A DNA stretch of 40,664 bases from Intoshia linei (GCA_001642005.1 LWCA01000203.1:1-40664), one strand, 5' to 3'. Counted from the first letter of the stretch, positions 24,403-36,545 are shown. Program-made: numbers and translations. Notes: a model not told the origin generated them from the letters alone.

Positions 24403-24725
24403 TAATAGCATGCTACATGTTAAGATTTCATTATATGATAAATTTTGGTATACTTAAGAAATTTTCCAATATTACCTATTAATAAATTTAAAAAGTAGTT
24501 CCTCATGTTTGTAGGCCTGTGTCATATGGCCGATAGCCCCCTGCCTGCTTTTACTACATGTATTTACAATTTAATTTCTTCAGTCTTACTATTTTAAATT
24601 AGTTGCTACAGCTATATCCAGTCAACACACACAAAAATTTTAATCTGACAAAGCGACGCCTTCACGGTCAAAAAATTACTTAAATATTTAATACAATTAT
24701 GTACAATAATTTTTTTATAAAACAA

Positions 24726-27700
24726 TTATATTCCCCAATCATCGTCAACTGTTTCCAATTCACCTTTCAATACTTTTCTTTCAAATCCATAAGACACTAA
24801 ACATAAATAAAAGTAATAAAATCACATAAAATCATGATGAACCTATCAACCTGCTTTACGACTTAGACTTAACACGAAAATAAAAGATAAAAACAGAACG
24901 GTTGAAAGATACTTTAATAAATAAAATTTATAAAATAAAAAAAATTACAGTTTGTATTGTAATCCAAAATATAAAATGGATCATTTCCTTTATCTTCAAT
25001 ATCTTCATAATCACATATTAAATTATAATTGACTGGAGAATAAACCTAAAAAATAAATATATAATATTAAACAAAAAATTACATTTTTAAACGCTGCCGT
25101 CCATTCCAATGAATACTTTTTAATTATTCCAATAATGACCGATCGGCTTGAAATTCTAACATCATAATGTTTAATTTCACCAAAAAATTGACAATTAAAA
25201 GACTTGTGACCAAACTTTTGACTAACAGTTAAAACATTATCAATAACATTGACATGTAAATTTAAAAATATAGAATCTCTCATATCATATAATGGTGCTA
25301 TAATAAGAATAGTATAATCTGATTGATTCCATTTGAATTCGATATTGCCTCCCTTAAATTCCATAAATTTAGCATTTTGCAGTTTGAATTTTAAATCTGT
25401 ATCCAAAGTGACACTTTCATTTGAATCTTCTGAACCTGGAACAATTTCTTGGACATTTTTTTCATCGTGCAATTTTGAATTTAAAAGAATTTTAAGTTTA
25501 TTAGATTCCTGTTTCAATAAAATGACATCTCCATTTAAACAATTTTCGATAGCATCAAAAACATATTTTGACTTCTTAATGTAATAAAAATTTGTCTTTT
25601 TTGAGGTTGCAGCAAAAGAAAGATACTGTAAAAGTCTAATTTTAACAGAATAATCCATTTCTTTCCACAAACTACACACAACTATAACAGTAGTATCAAC
25701 ATCAATACTACGACAAATTATTTTAAATTTGATAAATTTGTACACAATACTCAAAACCGCAATGCGAAGTTGTTTATTAGCTCGATTAAACGCATAGAAA
25801 TAAAAAGACGAAAGATTTGTTTCAATAGGTCGAATAATTTTTTCTTTTTGCTTAGTATCTTTAATTTTTGAATATATCAAATCAAAAGTTTTCAAGTACT
25901 CAATACATGTAGTAATATCACAAACGTAATATTTTTGAATCCATTCTAAAGAGGCATTTTCATTAAAGAATAGATGGAAATCAACTTGGTACGCTGTCAA
26001 AAATTTATAAAAAGTCAGTATAACAGACATTGTGCCTGAACTTTGAGTCAAATATAGACAATTAAACAATGGACTATACACGTCCTCGTGAGATAACAAT
26101 TGCGATAATTTTTCAGTTTCCAATTTAAATTTTTTTGAATAGTGCATGATACTTTCAATTATCCATACAAACAGTTCATCGGAATAGCAATGCCACAATA
26201 GACTTGAAAGTGATTTGACAATAGTATACTTCTTACTTTCCATTTGATGTACAAACAACTCATTTAAACAACAATTAGCTTTTGAATTTCCAGGTTTGAA
26301 AACTTTAAAAATTTCATCAGAGATTAGCGAGGGATCAGAAACATTCAATTCATAAATAAAATCTAGTGCAGACATGGCATCGACAACAAATGACACTAAA
26401 TCACAGTTACGCATAATCATTGTTGATAAAAGTTGAGGGTATTCACTTTGCGTATAAACTTCAGCTGCATACTTGAAAATATTTAAATCAAAATCATAGG
26501 TGGAAATATTTAAATTAAAAACAGAAGTAGAATCGACAACATCTCGGAAAACCTGAGTAACTTTTTCATGAATTGATAATTTAGAATCATTATATACGTA
26601 ATCAATATCATTAAGTGAACATTCAATCATTTGAAACGGTAAATAGTAGCTAAAGTCGGAGTAAACAAATTTCTGAGGTAAGCGTCTCACCGTATCAATA
26701 TTAACTTCCAAAGTATTTCCATAATCCAAAAATTGAACCAAAACGGTTTCAATAGTTTGCAATGCATTACAAAACACATCAAGAACTTTACACCTTGAAT
26801 AAAAATAATTTTTAGGGTTCAAAGCTGAAACAAACGATTCAATAGAGAGACTTGGTTCAATTTCCAAAATGGGTTGTTCGTTTTTAACCATTTTATGCAA
26901 TTCCATTTCCAATAAAAACAAATTATCCGAATTTTCAACTAACCTCACATAAAATGACTTTATCCCATTGATATGAGTTATATACACATCGCCTGTTGAC
27001 TGTTCTACATCAGAGTCCATTAATTCCTCCAAATTGTTTACTATATGAAAATTTTCATAATAGCATTTAGTTGGAACACCATCACTCAAAAAAGACAGTC
27101 CATTATTTTCATAATCAAAATCATACGCATGATATAAAGTTTTAATATGATTTTTGTACTCTATGGCCACATGTTCGTTGACTAAAACATCCTTAATATC
27201 CGTTTCTTGAGTAGCAAAATTTAAGTTTTCCAATATCTGATAATTAACAAGTGGAGAAACCCACACATTTTCATTTACTTGTAGTACAACAATAGCTTTA
27301 AACATTGTTTCGTTTGCAATTATAGTACGAACACGTTCTATACCACTTAAAAACCAATTTTGAAAGGGATCGTTTGGTTCTATTCCGGTTATAATAATAC
27401 TATAGACTTGGTTTAATTTTTTTCCACCAATAGAAACATGCGCTTGAAATACATTTGGAGTCAATACGGTAATCATTTCTATATAAATTTCCGAAAATAT
27501 TTCAATTTGATCAAATTTTTGTAAATTGTTAGTATCAATGGAATGATAATTCCCACAAGCATTACGACAGACACCAAAGAATTGAATATTTTTACACAAT
27601 TCTGTATCACCAAATGTCTCATTATAGTTTACATTGAATTGGTTCAATGTAAGCAAATTTTTTGTATTATCAATACAAACATCTTTAACAAACTTTTTAA

Positions 27701-30700
27701 CAAATATATTACAAGAATTTTGCAAAAATTTAAAAGTTTGAACCCAGAGTTTAGTGTTGGACTTTGTTTTAAAATCTTTAAACTTTTCAATAGATAAATT
27801 AATGTAATGAAAAAACAATTCATTGTACAATAGAACATAATGCAATGTATTTGATTTGAAATTCCCTGAATTTCCAGCAGTATTAGATATTGGTAAACAA
27901 GAGTTGAAACGATTTTCCATACTCTTACTATTATTGGGATAATTGAAATGTACAACAATGTCAACATTACTAAGCTTGTGGTGATATTCATCCGTGAGTA
28001 AATACACTACCTTTTTATCACATGGTAGTTTAGTAGCACCGTCAATTTTCACGATAGAAATATTCAAATCTTTTATTCTTTCATAGACTATATCCACATA
28101 AAATTCATCAACAAAAACTGCGACATTTTTTAAGCCTTTATAGCTGTTTAAATAATCAATAACTACTTTAAATGAATCTATTGAGTTGTTTACAATACAT
28201 TTCACATTGTCGCTGTTGTTTATCAAATATATTTTAGCATTTGATTCAAAGGTTATGATTGGTTCATTAAAATAAGCTGTGAGGAAGTGACCGACTGATT
28301 CGTTAGTATCATTTACTGTAGCAATTAACTGCCTTTTCCTAAATTTTGTCTCCTTATTATGTAAAATCTGACTATACTTGGACATAATATTAACCAAATC
28401 GTCACTAAAATGATTTATCAATACGTCCAATCTATCAAAGAGAATATACTGTAATCGGGACATGTTCAAACCTGACGATTTACGGTTTAATAATAAACTC
28501 AACATTTTGGGAGAAGTTATAAAAACATCGCAACCGTCGCATGTATCATCGTTTGGATCAATAGACTGCATACTTTCAAAGCAATGTTTATAATTATTTG
28601 TACTGTAACTATAAAACAAATCCAAATAGCTTTTACTGCGCAAAAAGTCACTCACTAAAACTATACATATCGGCCCAGTACTCTGTGTTTTTAGAGTGGA
28701 TACATACAAAATATTGATGATGGAAATTATTGCAGGTGTTAATATGACTGAACTGTAGTCATTGCGTTCAAATAGGACTGTATCCCACATTTTAAAAAGT
28801 GATCCCCATACAGCAATTTTCACGTCATTCGAAATTAATGAATTTGATTCACATTCCTTTATCGTTTGAACGTTCAATTGTTTTAGTTCCGTCGGGAAAA
28901 TGGGTAGTTTCTTGCCAAATACATGGCTATTACCAATACAGACATGCTTGTCTTTTAAAAAACGTTTTAACCCGGAAAGAAACATTCCTACAGATTTATC
29001 TGATTCTTGCACAGGTTCGACGTCATTGGTTGTCATCTTCCAACCTTTATAGATGTGAACATCTTTAACTGTTGCATCTATCCAATCTGCGTAACCACTG
29101 TTGACGATTTTATTGTTCAAATCAATGGATAGTTTTCCCATTACAACCTGAACCCATGATTCTCTTCCAACGAAACATGCATCCTCACCAAAAAATACCA
29201 TAATTTCAGATGCTGATCGCATTAAGTTGTAGATGTAGTTGACTACAAATTGTTTCCATTCCATTGTTTCTGTACTGTATTTTAATTTAGGCTTTATGTT
29301 GGCTAAGGATATTGATATTACGTTTCCACTTTGACAAATACGTACTTTCATATCGTTTAAACTGGTAAACTAAAATGTATTTATTAATATGTACTAACTT
29401 TGCAAGTTATATCAGTGTTAAACCTACCGTACCTAAGACCTCTTCGGCTTCTTAATTAATTAATAATTATGTAAAATGGTGGCCTCATTTTTCCAAATTA
29501 TATTCTTAAATATCATAAATATCATAAATATTTTGTGTTAAATTTAATATGTCAAGAGGCTTGGAAAGTTTGGATGGTTTAGCTCTGAGTTTAACGGTGA
29601 CGTTGAATCACACAAACTAATCACGACTATATTTACTTATATAAAACCAAAATTGCATAAAATGGTCTATGTGAGTAACCATGTGGTTCCCTGTATCCCT
29701 TATGGGTCCAAAACAATATGTATGAGGTCTGTGAGATTCCAATAAAATATGAAAAATTTTATATTTAACTTTTCTTTATTTTTATAGGAGAATTTTTAAT
29801 ATTTATTACAGAATTGCCAGATGTTTGGAATTTATCCCAAAGCCTATACGACCGCTATATTATTATTTCAAAAACCCCAATTTTATTCCAACATTAATAA
29901 CATTAACAGTGCCACAAGTGTTAGTTTTGAGAAAAATCGAATTTTAACCACCCTTTGGAGAAAAATTCTTTCAAAAAATGTATAATGTACATTACTTTTA
30001 GTTACCCATGTATATATTTTTTTAACTTTAACACGAAATGGTTCACATTTGATTTTATTAGATGTAAGTCACAAATTAGACAATAATGATTTGATTTTAT
30101 ACAACAATGGTCATTTATTTAAAAGTGAATCAATTTTATATATTATATTAGTTGTATGTAACTAAAAAAATAAAAGTTATTAATATTTAAATATTAATTA
30201 CTCATTTAACTACGAGAAACATTTTTAAAATTATTAATTACAATAATTGTAAATTAAAATTTGTAATGCAATGCAATAATTGCATTATGATCATATGGAT
30301 TGCTCACGGTCGGAGGTTGTGCACCTGATCTAGAGCATTGCTTCTCAATGGGTACATGTGGACCCAGGTCCACGCTATATAACAAAGGTCATCATGTCAA
30401 AATAAAAATCCTCAAATTCAAATATTGATCATGCAGGAATGATTTTAATTATTTCATACAAAAATATTATAAATGTAACTTTATTTGTGGGAATATTTTA
30501 TTTACACCCGTGTCTCATTTGGTGTTTCCCCGTTTAAATTATTAATTTGTTAATTAATAATATTACAATTATTATAATACATAATTTATATTTCCCTAAT
30601 TATTAGTGCATATTATGCACTGGATAATAGTAATAAAACAGATATTTTCAGTGTTAATTCAAAATTTCAAATACACATGTAAAAACATAACAACTCAAAT

Positions 30701-31038
30701 AACAAAGATAAGTACAACAATTAAACGTTTTCATTTTTGTTTTTTATTTTGTATTTATTTATTCTTATACTTTTATTTTGTATCGTTTGGTTTCGACTTG
30801 AATCAATCTCGAATTTTTATAGTTATGTAATGAAATAAATAAAATTTAAAAATGAGGTTAGTTATTCAATTGAATTCATTTGTATATTTAAATAATTGAA
30901 AAATTAACTCAATTTACAAAAAAAAGATATGAAAACAAATTTAAAATTGTCAATTTTAAATTAACATGAATAAAAATTTACTTTTTCAATAAGTTCTACT
31001 TGTGTCCAAATACCATCAATAAGCTTTTCAGACTTCAT
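24726..31038 (-). CDS. TDRD12: TDRD12/Yb-family piRNA-pathway protein (Tudor, degenerate DEAD-box helicase, C3H zinc motif, Tudor, helical region, CS domain), ~1500 aa
   Basis: Phase-compatible exons 31038-30982, 29369-25083, 25045-24949, 24796-24726. Motifs: N-terminal Tudor-like GIWTQVELIEK..MKVRICQSGNV; helicase DVFITSPKML, RLQYILFDRLDVL, VVHFNYP..MENRF; CKNIQFFGVCRNACGNYH; eTudor YSRCKV..VQFLDYGN..LPFQMIECSL; CS domain FKWNQSDYTILI. Confidence 0.85.
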
Positions 31039-31562
31039 TTCTCTTTTTTTGGTACGCTATTTGATACTTTTATGATTTTAATTTGATGTTAACATCAAAT
31101 TGTAATTTGAAATAGTGAAATGAAATTAATGTCGTATTAGTAACTCTAGGAATTGGAAAACATTTTTTCTGACGTTAAAGTAAAGTGGCCAGAAAAAATA
31201 CGTACTATCAATTTTAATTTATTTGGTGATAAATGTAAAGCCAAAACTACTTATCTATGATGACATATAAACATTTTCGGCTTAAAGTTAATTGATGTAC
31301 AAAACAATACTATTTATACTCGTATTGTTTATTCTCATATCATTTTTTTCAAATTGTTTATGCATAGTTGTAATTACATTAATATTAGTTTACGGATGTC
31401 AAGGTTAAGTGATTGATAACTAATTATAAATTTTTGTTAAAATTATAGATAATTAGGTTTAAATTAGTATTAAAATTAAAATAAACACCAATTTAAGTAA
31501 ATATTGCTAATAAGTGATATAGATTGGAATGTTAGAATACATTTTAGATTAAAATTTAGTTA

Positions 31563-31713
31563 AAGTGGCCAGAAAAAATATGTACCATAAATTTTAGTTT
31601 ATTTTGTGTTAAATGTAAAACCAAAACTACTTATCTAAGATGAACAAAAATTTTCGGCTTAAAATTTATTCCAAATAAACTAAAAGTGATAGTACGTATT
31701 TTTCTGGCCACTT
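31563..31713. mobile_element. Tc1/mariner-type MITE (151 bp); a second left end lies at 31183-31290
   Basis: ~40-bp TIRs AAGTGGCCAGAAAAA(A)TA.GTAC.AT..TTTTAGTTTATTT with TA on both sides. Confidence 0.8.
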
Positions 31714-32113
31714 TATTTTAGTACATGTATGTGTAATTGTGACTTACATAACATTTTGTAATAATAAAAAGAATTTCTCGAGCTTCAACTACAGGGTTAT
31801 AGATCCATTGTGAAATTTGTATGATGAAGCAAGTATCAAGTTTTAAGAAAAGTGCCAAAGAAAAAAAAAATTATATCAAAAACACCGAAGGAATCAATTG
31901 ATAAGACTGAAACCCAAATTTTTTGAAAAATGATAATTTGCGTTTTTGATCGTGAAGATTCAAGTTTGTCATGTTGAAGTTTACGATAATGTTAATGTTA
32001 AAATGACGGTAAGATTCAATTTTTTCGTGTTCCGTAAAGTAAATATTTACAACTTGATATACTACTTGTATTAACATTTCTTATCTATATTAGCAAAATC
32101 TTTATTGTACTAA

Positions 32114-32758
32114 ATGGTAAAATGCTTTTCAATACTCTGCATAATAGCATTACAAGCTGTCTTGCCGTCATCACTGAATTCAAAAAAATTATACACAGGA
32201 ATGAAGATTTTTGAAATTCACGTTGATTCTTTCAATTCTATTGAAAAAGTGCACAATATGATATCAAATTATCTTGATGATTCAATTGCAAGCCTTTACG
32301 CTCTACCTTTTATATCGCTTCCTTTGATTATTGTATTTAAAATTCTTTTCATTTTTTACAAGACAACTGGAGAGTATGCAGTGTCTAGACAAGAAGCTTT
32401 CGATTTATATAAAAATTTGGTTGAATTGTATGAACCTATTATAGGTATATTTTTGATGGATCTTTTCATTTTAGTCATGCACTTTACACACGTTACTAGG
32501 ATCAAATTGGATGTGGGATGGAAGCGTGCAATAAATAATTATTTAATCTACTTCAATGTATTGACATTTTCCTCAATTTACATTACCAATAAAATTTGGA
32601 ATAATTATTCAGAAATCAGCAAAGTTTTTTATTGTATATTGATTGAATCATATTTTATGATATACAAATACCATAATTTTGATGATCTTAATGCTAAAAA
32701 CATTTTTTATCAAGGTAGAAAATTTCTCATTATAAATCATGTATTTATAAATAATTAA
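32114..32758 (+). CDS. Orphan predicted membrane protein (signal peptide plus about 3-4 hydrophobic segments); may splice at 32714
   Basis: A 214-codon open frame in very AT-rich DNA with a hydrophobic N-terminus, hydrophobic segments (LYALPFISLPLIIVFKILFIF; PIIGIFLMDLFILVM; YLIYFNVLTFSSIYI) and a possible CAAG|GT donor. No family recognised. Confidence 0.55.
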   Translation: MVKCFSILCIIALQAVLPSSLNSKKLYTGMKIFEIHVDSFNSIEKVHNMISNYLDDSIASLYALPFISLPLIIVFKILFIFYKTTGEYAVSRQEAFDLYKNLVELYEPIIGIFLMDLFILVMHFTHVTRIKLDVGWKRAINNYLIYFNVLTFSSIYITNKIWNNYSEISKVFYCILIESYFMIYKYHNFDDLNAKNIFYQGRKFLIINHVFINN

Positions 32759-32875
32759 TAATTTTTAATTTACATTGTGATATTTATTATTAAACATGTA
32801 TAATTAAAACTTAAATTAAACACTGTGCTGGTGGATTGGTATTCATTTATCAAGGTTAACAAAATTAAAATGGTA

Positions 32876-33230
32876 CAGTAAGGCCTCTCAATACTGCCAC
32901 TATTTTTCAATTTTGTAACAATTTTATAAGGAAAATTCTCAATACCGCCACAAATTTACAATCTAAATGTTATTTAAAAATATGGTAGCACTAGTTTACC
33001 ATAAATTAGTTCACTATATATTTTACTTTATAATTAATTCTACTTCATAACTCATTCTATCCTTAATTACAACAACTAATTTATAGTTTACATACGATTT
33101 ATAATATAGTTAACTTTTTTAAACGATAATAATTTTTTATAGAAAATGGCGAACAAAAAGAGATCATTACATTTCACAGAAAAATCTGAAATAATTCAAA
33201 TTCTACAAATAAATAAAAAATGAAATTATT
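32876..33230 (+). mobile_element. pogo/Tigger-like 5' fragment
   Basis: TA|CAGTAAGGCCTCTCAATACTGCCAC terminus with a subterminal repeat (ctcaataccgccac at ~32938), then MANKKRSLHFTEKSEIIQIL, which resembles the start of a CENP-B/psq HTH. Confidence 0.5.
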
Positions 33231-33233
33231 CAC

Positions 33234-33363
33234 TGTAATATAATTAGTAAGATTTAAATAAGAGCTTTTAATAGAACAAGCAAATTCAACTTAAGTTGAT
33301 AATATAGATAAATAACAATAAATATCATCTTCAATCTTTATAGTGATATCATATATCACTACA
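33234..33363. repeat. LTR-like element (TGTA...CACTACA)
   Basis: The last ~62 bp are nearly identical to 33762-33823. Confidence 0.55.
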
Positions 33364-33394
33364 CGCGGTAATTTAATTAATAATATAATATTAA

Positions 33395-33605
33395 CCCTTT
33401 CACTGTTTGATGCAATTTTATGTACTTTCACCACACGTCTGGAATTTGTCTTAATTTAACTTGTATTATTTTTAAATTGCATATGTGAAAATGTATGAAA
33501 ATAAAAGAATAAAGTTTTTCAAAATTATGCTGTGTATATCAGAATACACAAACGTCTCAAGTGAAATTGCTGTGTATAGTATAGAATACACAGACAGTGA
33601 AAGGG
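33395..33605. mobile_element. piggyBac-type MITE (211 bp)
   Basis: TTAA|CCCTTTCACTGTTTG ... CAGACAGTGAAAGGG|TTAA (14/15 TIR), with a subterminal direct repeat gctgtgtata..agaatacaca. Confidence 0.9.
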
Positions 33606-33665
33606 TTAAATGTATGTTTTCAATATTCTTACATTTTAGTTAATTTACAGTTAGTTAAAAATATA

Positions 33666-33823
33666 TGTAACGATTGGCAGATAAAAAGTTCATCTTAAAT
33701 AAAAAGATGTCCAAATCTCGATTCGAACCTAGCCACGCAGAATACAATTATATGACTATANATATAGATAAATAACAATAAATATCATCTTCAATCTTCA
33801 TAGTGATATTATATATCACTACA
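33666..33823. mobile_element. LTR-like element containing an N
   Basis: The left part matches the solo LTR at 21323 and the right part matches 33302-33363; N at 33761. Confidence 0.6.
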
Positions 33824-34405
33824 TTTACAATTCTTAAGATAATAATATATCATTCTATTATATTGTTTTGGTTCGTTGAATTATCATTTTTTCGTAATTT
33901 GTTTTACAAACACTTAAATTCTTGCTTTGTTTGAGGAGAAAATTAAAAATTTTTTTTATATATTTTAATGAGTTGTGTTCAGCTGCGTCATATAAAATTG
34001 ACTATATTTTATAATACAAAAAAAATATTTTTTTAAATTATAATTATATTTATCATTTTGTTTTAATGGATTTATGGGATAAATAAATGTAGACAACTAT
34101 TCTAACGTTTTGCAAATGTTCGAAAAAATGTATCGATTTATTTTAATCAAAATACTACAATTAATTAATGTGTAATAATACACATTGTAAAATTGTGTCA
34201 CTATAAATAATCTTCACAGTACACTGTATAAAATTTATTCCGCACTACTTACAATTAAACCAACCAGTTGTGAAGCTAATAAATTATTCTCAATAACTAG
34301 ATATTATATAAATAAAAAAAGCTTATCTTTCTACAGAGGTTGTAAATGCATTCATTTTTTTTAAAGATTTTATTTCAAACAGCATAATACATTATTATAT
34401 CATAA

Positions 34406-35127
34406 CTATGTTGACTGTTATGTACTACGTACAAACAACACTATTTTTTGAAATTGTAGGATCAATATTTTCAATTTTTATTTTAATCGAAATATTTGAA
34501 AAATATTGGTTGATAATGTATTAAAAGTATTTTTCATCGGGAATGCGTAGATTTCTTGCGTTGAACTTTTGTATTTATATCAACTGGAATAAGCTCTATC
34601 AGAGTAATCTTTTTTTAATTCTCGGACAGTTAATTATTTCACATTTTTTGTTTTAATAAAATATTTCAGAAAAAAATATATCAATACTAAAATGCTTTTT
34701 TGACCGATAAGGCGTCACTTATTCAGATTGAAATTGTTTTTTTTATGTTAACGGAATACAAATCTACCACCTGTAAAATTGTTTAAATTCTAAAGCTGTT
34801 TTCATAAAAAAAGGGTAATTTGGGTTTTGGCCCTGAAGATATATTTTTTTTAATTTAAATTTATGATAATGTTTATGATTTTAAAATACGTATCAGAGTA
34901 TATATTTTTTTAAATTCTCGAACTCGTTTCATTTTAAAAAAAAAAGAAAATTGAGCTTTTTGACCGGTAAGATGTGAGTTTGGGAAATAGAAATTTATTT
35001 TGTTATCACCCGAAAAAAAACTGTAATTGAAATTTGGATTTTTAAAATTCCAAAACTGGTAGTTATTGAAATAAACGGTAACACACACAGACAAACCAAT
35101 ATAGCAAAGCATATTATAAAAGTAAGA
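34406..35127 (-). mobile_element. Helitron-like family A copy with both termini
   Basis: Minus strand: 5' TCTTACTTTTATAATATGC...TTTGTCTGTGTGTGTTACCG, with the 3' hairpin and a degenerate CTAG (ATAG) end. Confidence 0.75.
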
Positions 35128-35493
35128 ATCAGCGTCAAAAGAAAATGTATATCGATAAAATTATTTTGATAAATTATGATACTCAATACAATACAATTCA
35201 AATATCGATGAAAACTCTCTGAGTTTGATGTTATTTTGCCATTAATCCAAATCTAACGTCCATGTCAGTTTTGAGGTTTGACAAATTGAATACGTCAACA
35301 ATTATTAGTTGATTAATTCTAATTCATTTAATTTATCCATAATTAAGGATGTTGTTTGTTTATTAAATTAAACAATTAATCTGGTTTTAAACAAAACCAG
35401 TAACTGAATTGTGTGTACATGTTTAATACATTTAACATTAAATATTTTTATTTGAATTTTATTTGAATTTTAGTCAGTTTTAATATTTTTAAT

Positions 35494-36545
35494 ATGGTTG
35501 TAAATAGACGAAGCAGGTAAATTTATTTGATATTGATTTCAAAGACATGTGGGTAAATTGTCATTTAGAAAAAATAAATTGAGCAAAAAGAGTAAAAAGT
35601 ATCAAAATGATAGATCTGTAATTTTTATTTAATTTTAATATTTTTAATCAAGATTATACAGTACATTAAGAATCCATGAGTTTGTTATATATAACATTTG
35701 GTATGTCTCAATGGGTTGATCAAAGTGATATAAATATTATTTTCAATCATCCTTTTTTTCAATAAGGTTTACCCATTGATACGTCTGAAGAAAATCTTAT
35801 AACTAGTCAATAATTTTTATTATACTTATACTTGTATGTATGATACTGGCTTGATCGTTTTCTACTTCAGGAAAGCATTAGCTATCAAGGGATGACTTTT
35901 TTAATTTTTAACAAACTAACAAAAAAATCATAATTGACAGATTTCAACGTTTGTTTCGTGGTATAATGTCAATATTAATTTTTAAAAAAAAAAAAAAAAT
36001 TGGTTCGCCGTATTTATATTGATAATTAAAATTTGCTCTACTCTGCTTTAAGTGCTTCATTGTACATTTTAACTAACATTTTAAAACTTAATTGAACGTT
36101 TCAATTAAAATAATATTATTAAATTTAGGAACGTCGATCAAATCATAATCAATATGACACATACTCTCACGTTCCGTGGCTACACCCTCAAAAATATCAA
36201 AATGGTTCTACAAATTTATATTATCCGACAAATTTTGTATTACCTAAAATGAAAAATTTGAATCATACCATGATTCCCAAAATATTGAGAAAAAATTATT
36301 ACAACATCGATGTACATTTAAATATACAAAAGATGAGAATTGAACTAATGAATTCAGGTAAGCATGCATCCAATGTAAAGAAAAATGGTAAAATAAGCCA
36401 ATTTCAAAAAACTGTCGAATCCATTGCAAATTTTGGCAAACAAATTCCATTTGAACATATGAAGGAAATGTTGGATTATGCTCAAAAACACCCTAAATCA
36501 CCGAAAATTGATAAAAAATATAAATGGTTGAAGAGAGATAAATAA
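35494..36545 (+). CDS. Small basic orphan protein (~162 aa, tentative 3 exons)
   Basis: Phase-compatible exons 35494-35516, ~35569-35617 and 36129-36545 (139 open codons after an AG) give MVVNRRSRKNKLSKKSKKYQNDRS-ERRSNH...KWLKRDK. AATAAA overlaps the stop. Confidence 0.5.

Noticed and set aside
25333-29068. ORFs 25333, 27543, 27644 and 28799
   Set aside because: Alternative-frame or antisense shadows of the TDRD12 giant exon.
29399-29430. Extra small TDRD12 exon
   Set aside because: It carries an in-frame TAA in the required phase; the exon at 31038-30982 fits and completes a Tudor-like motif.
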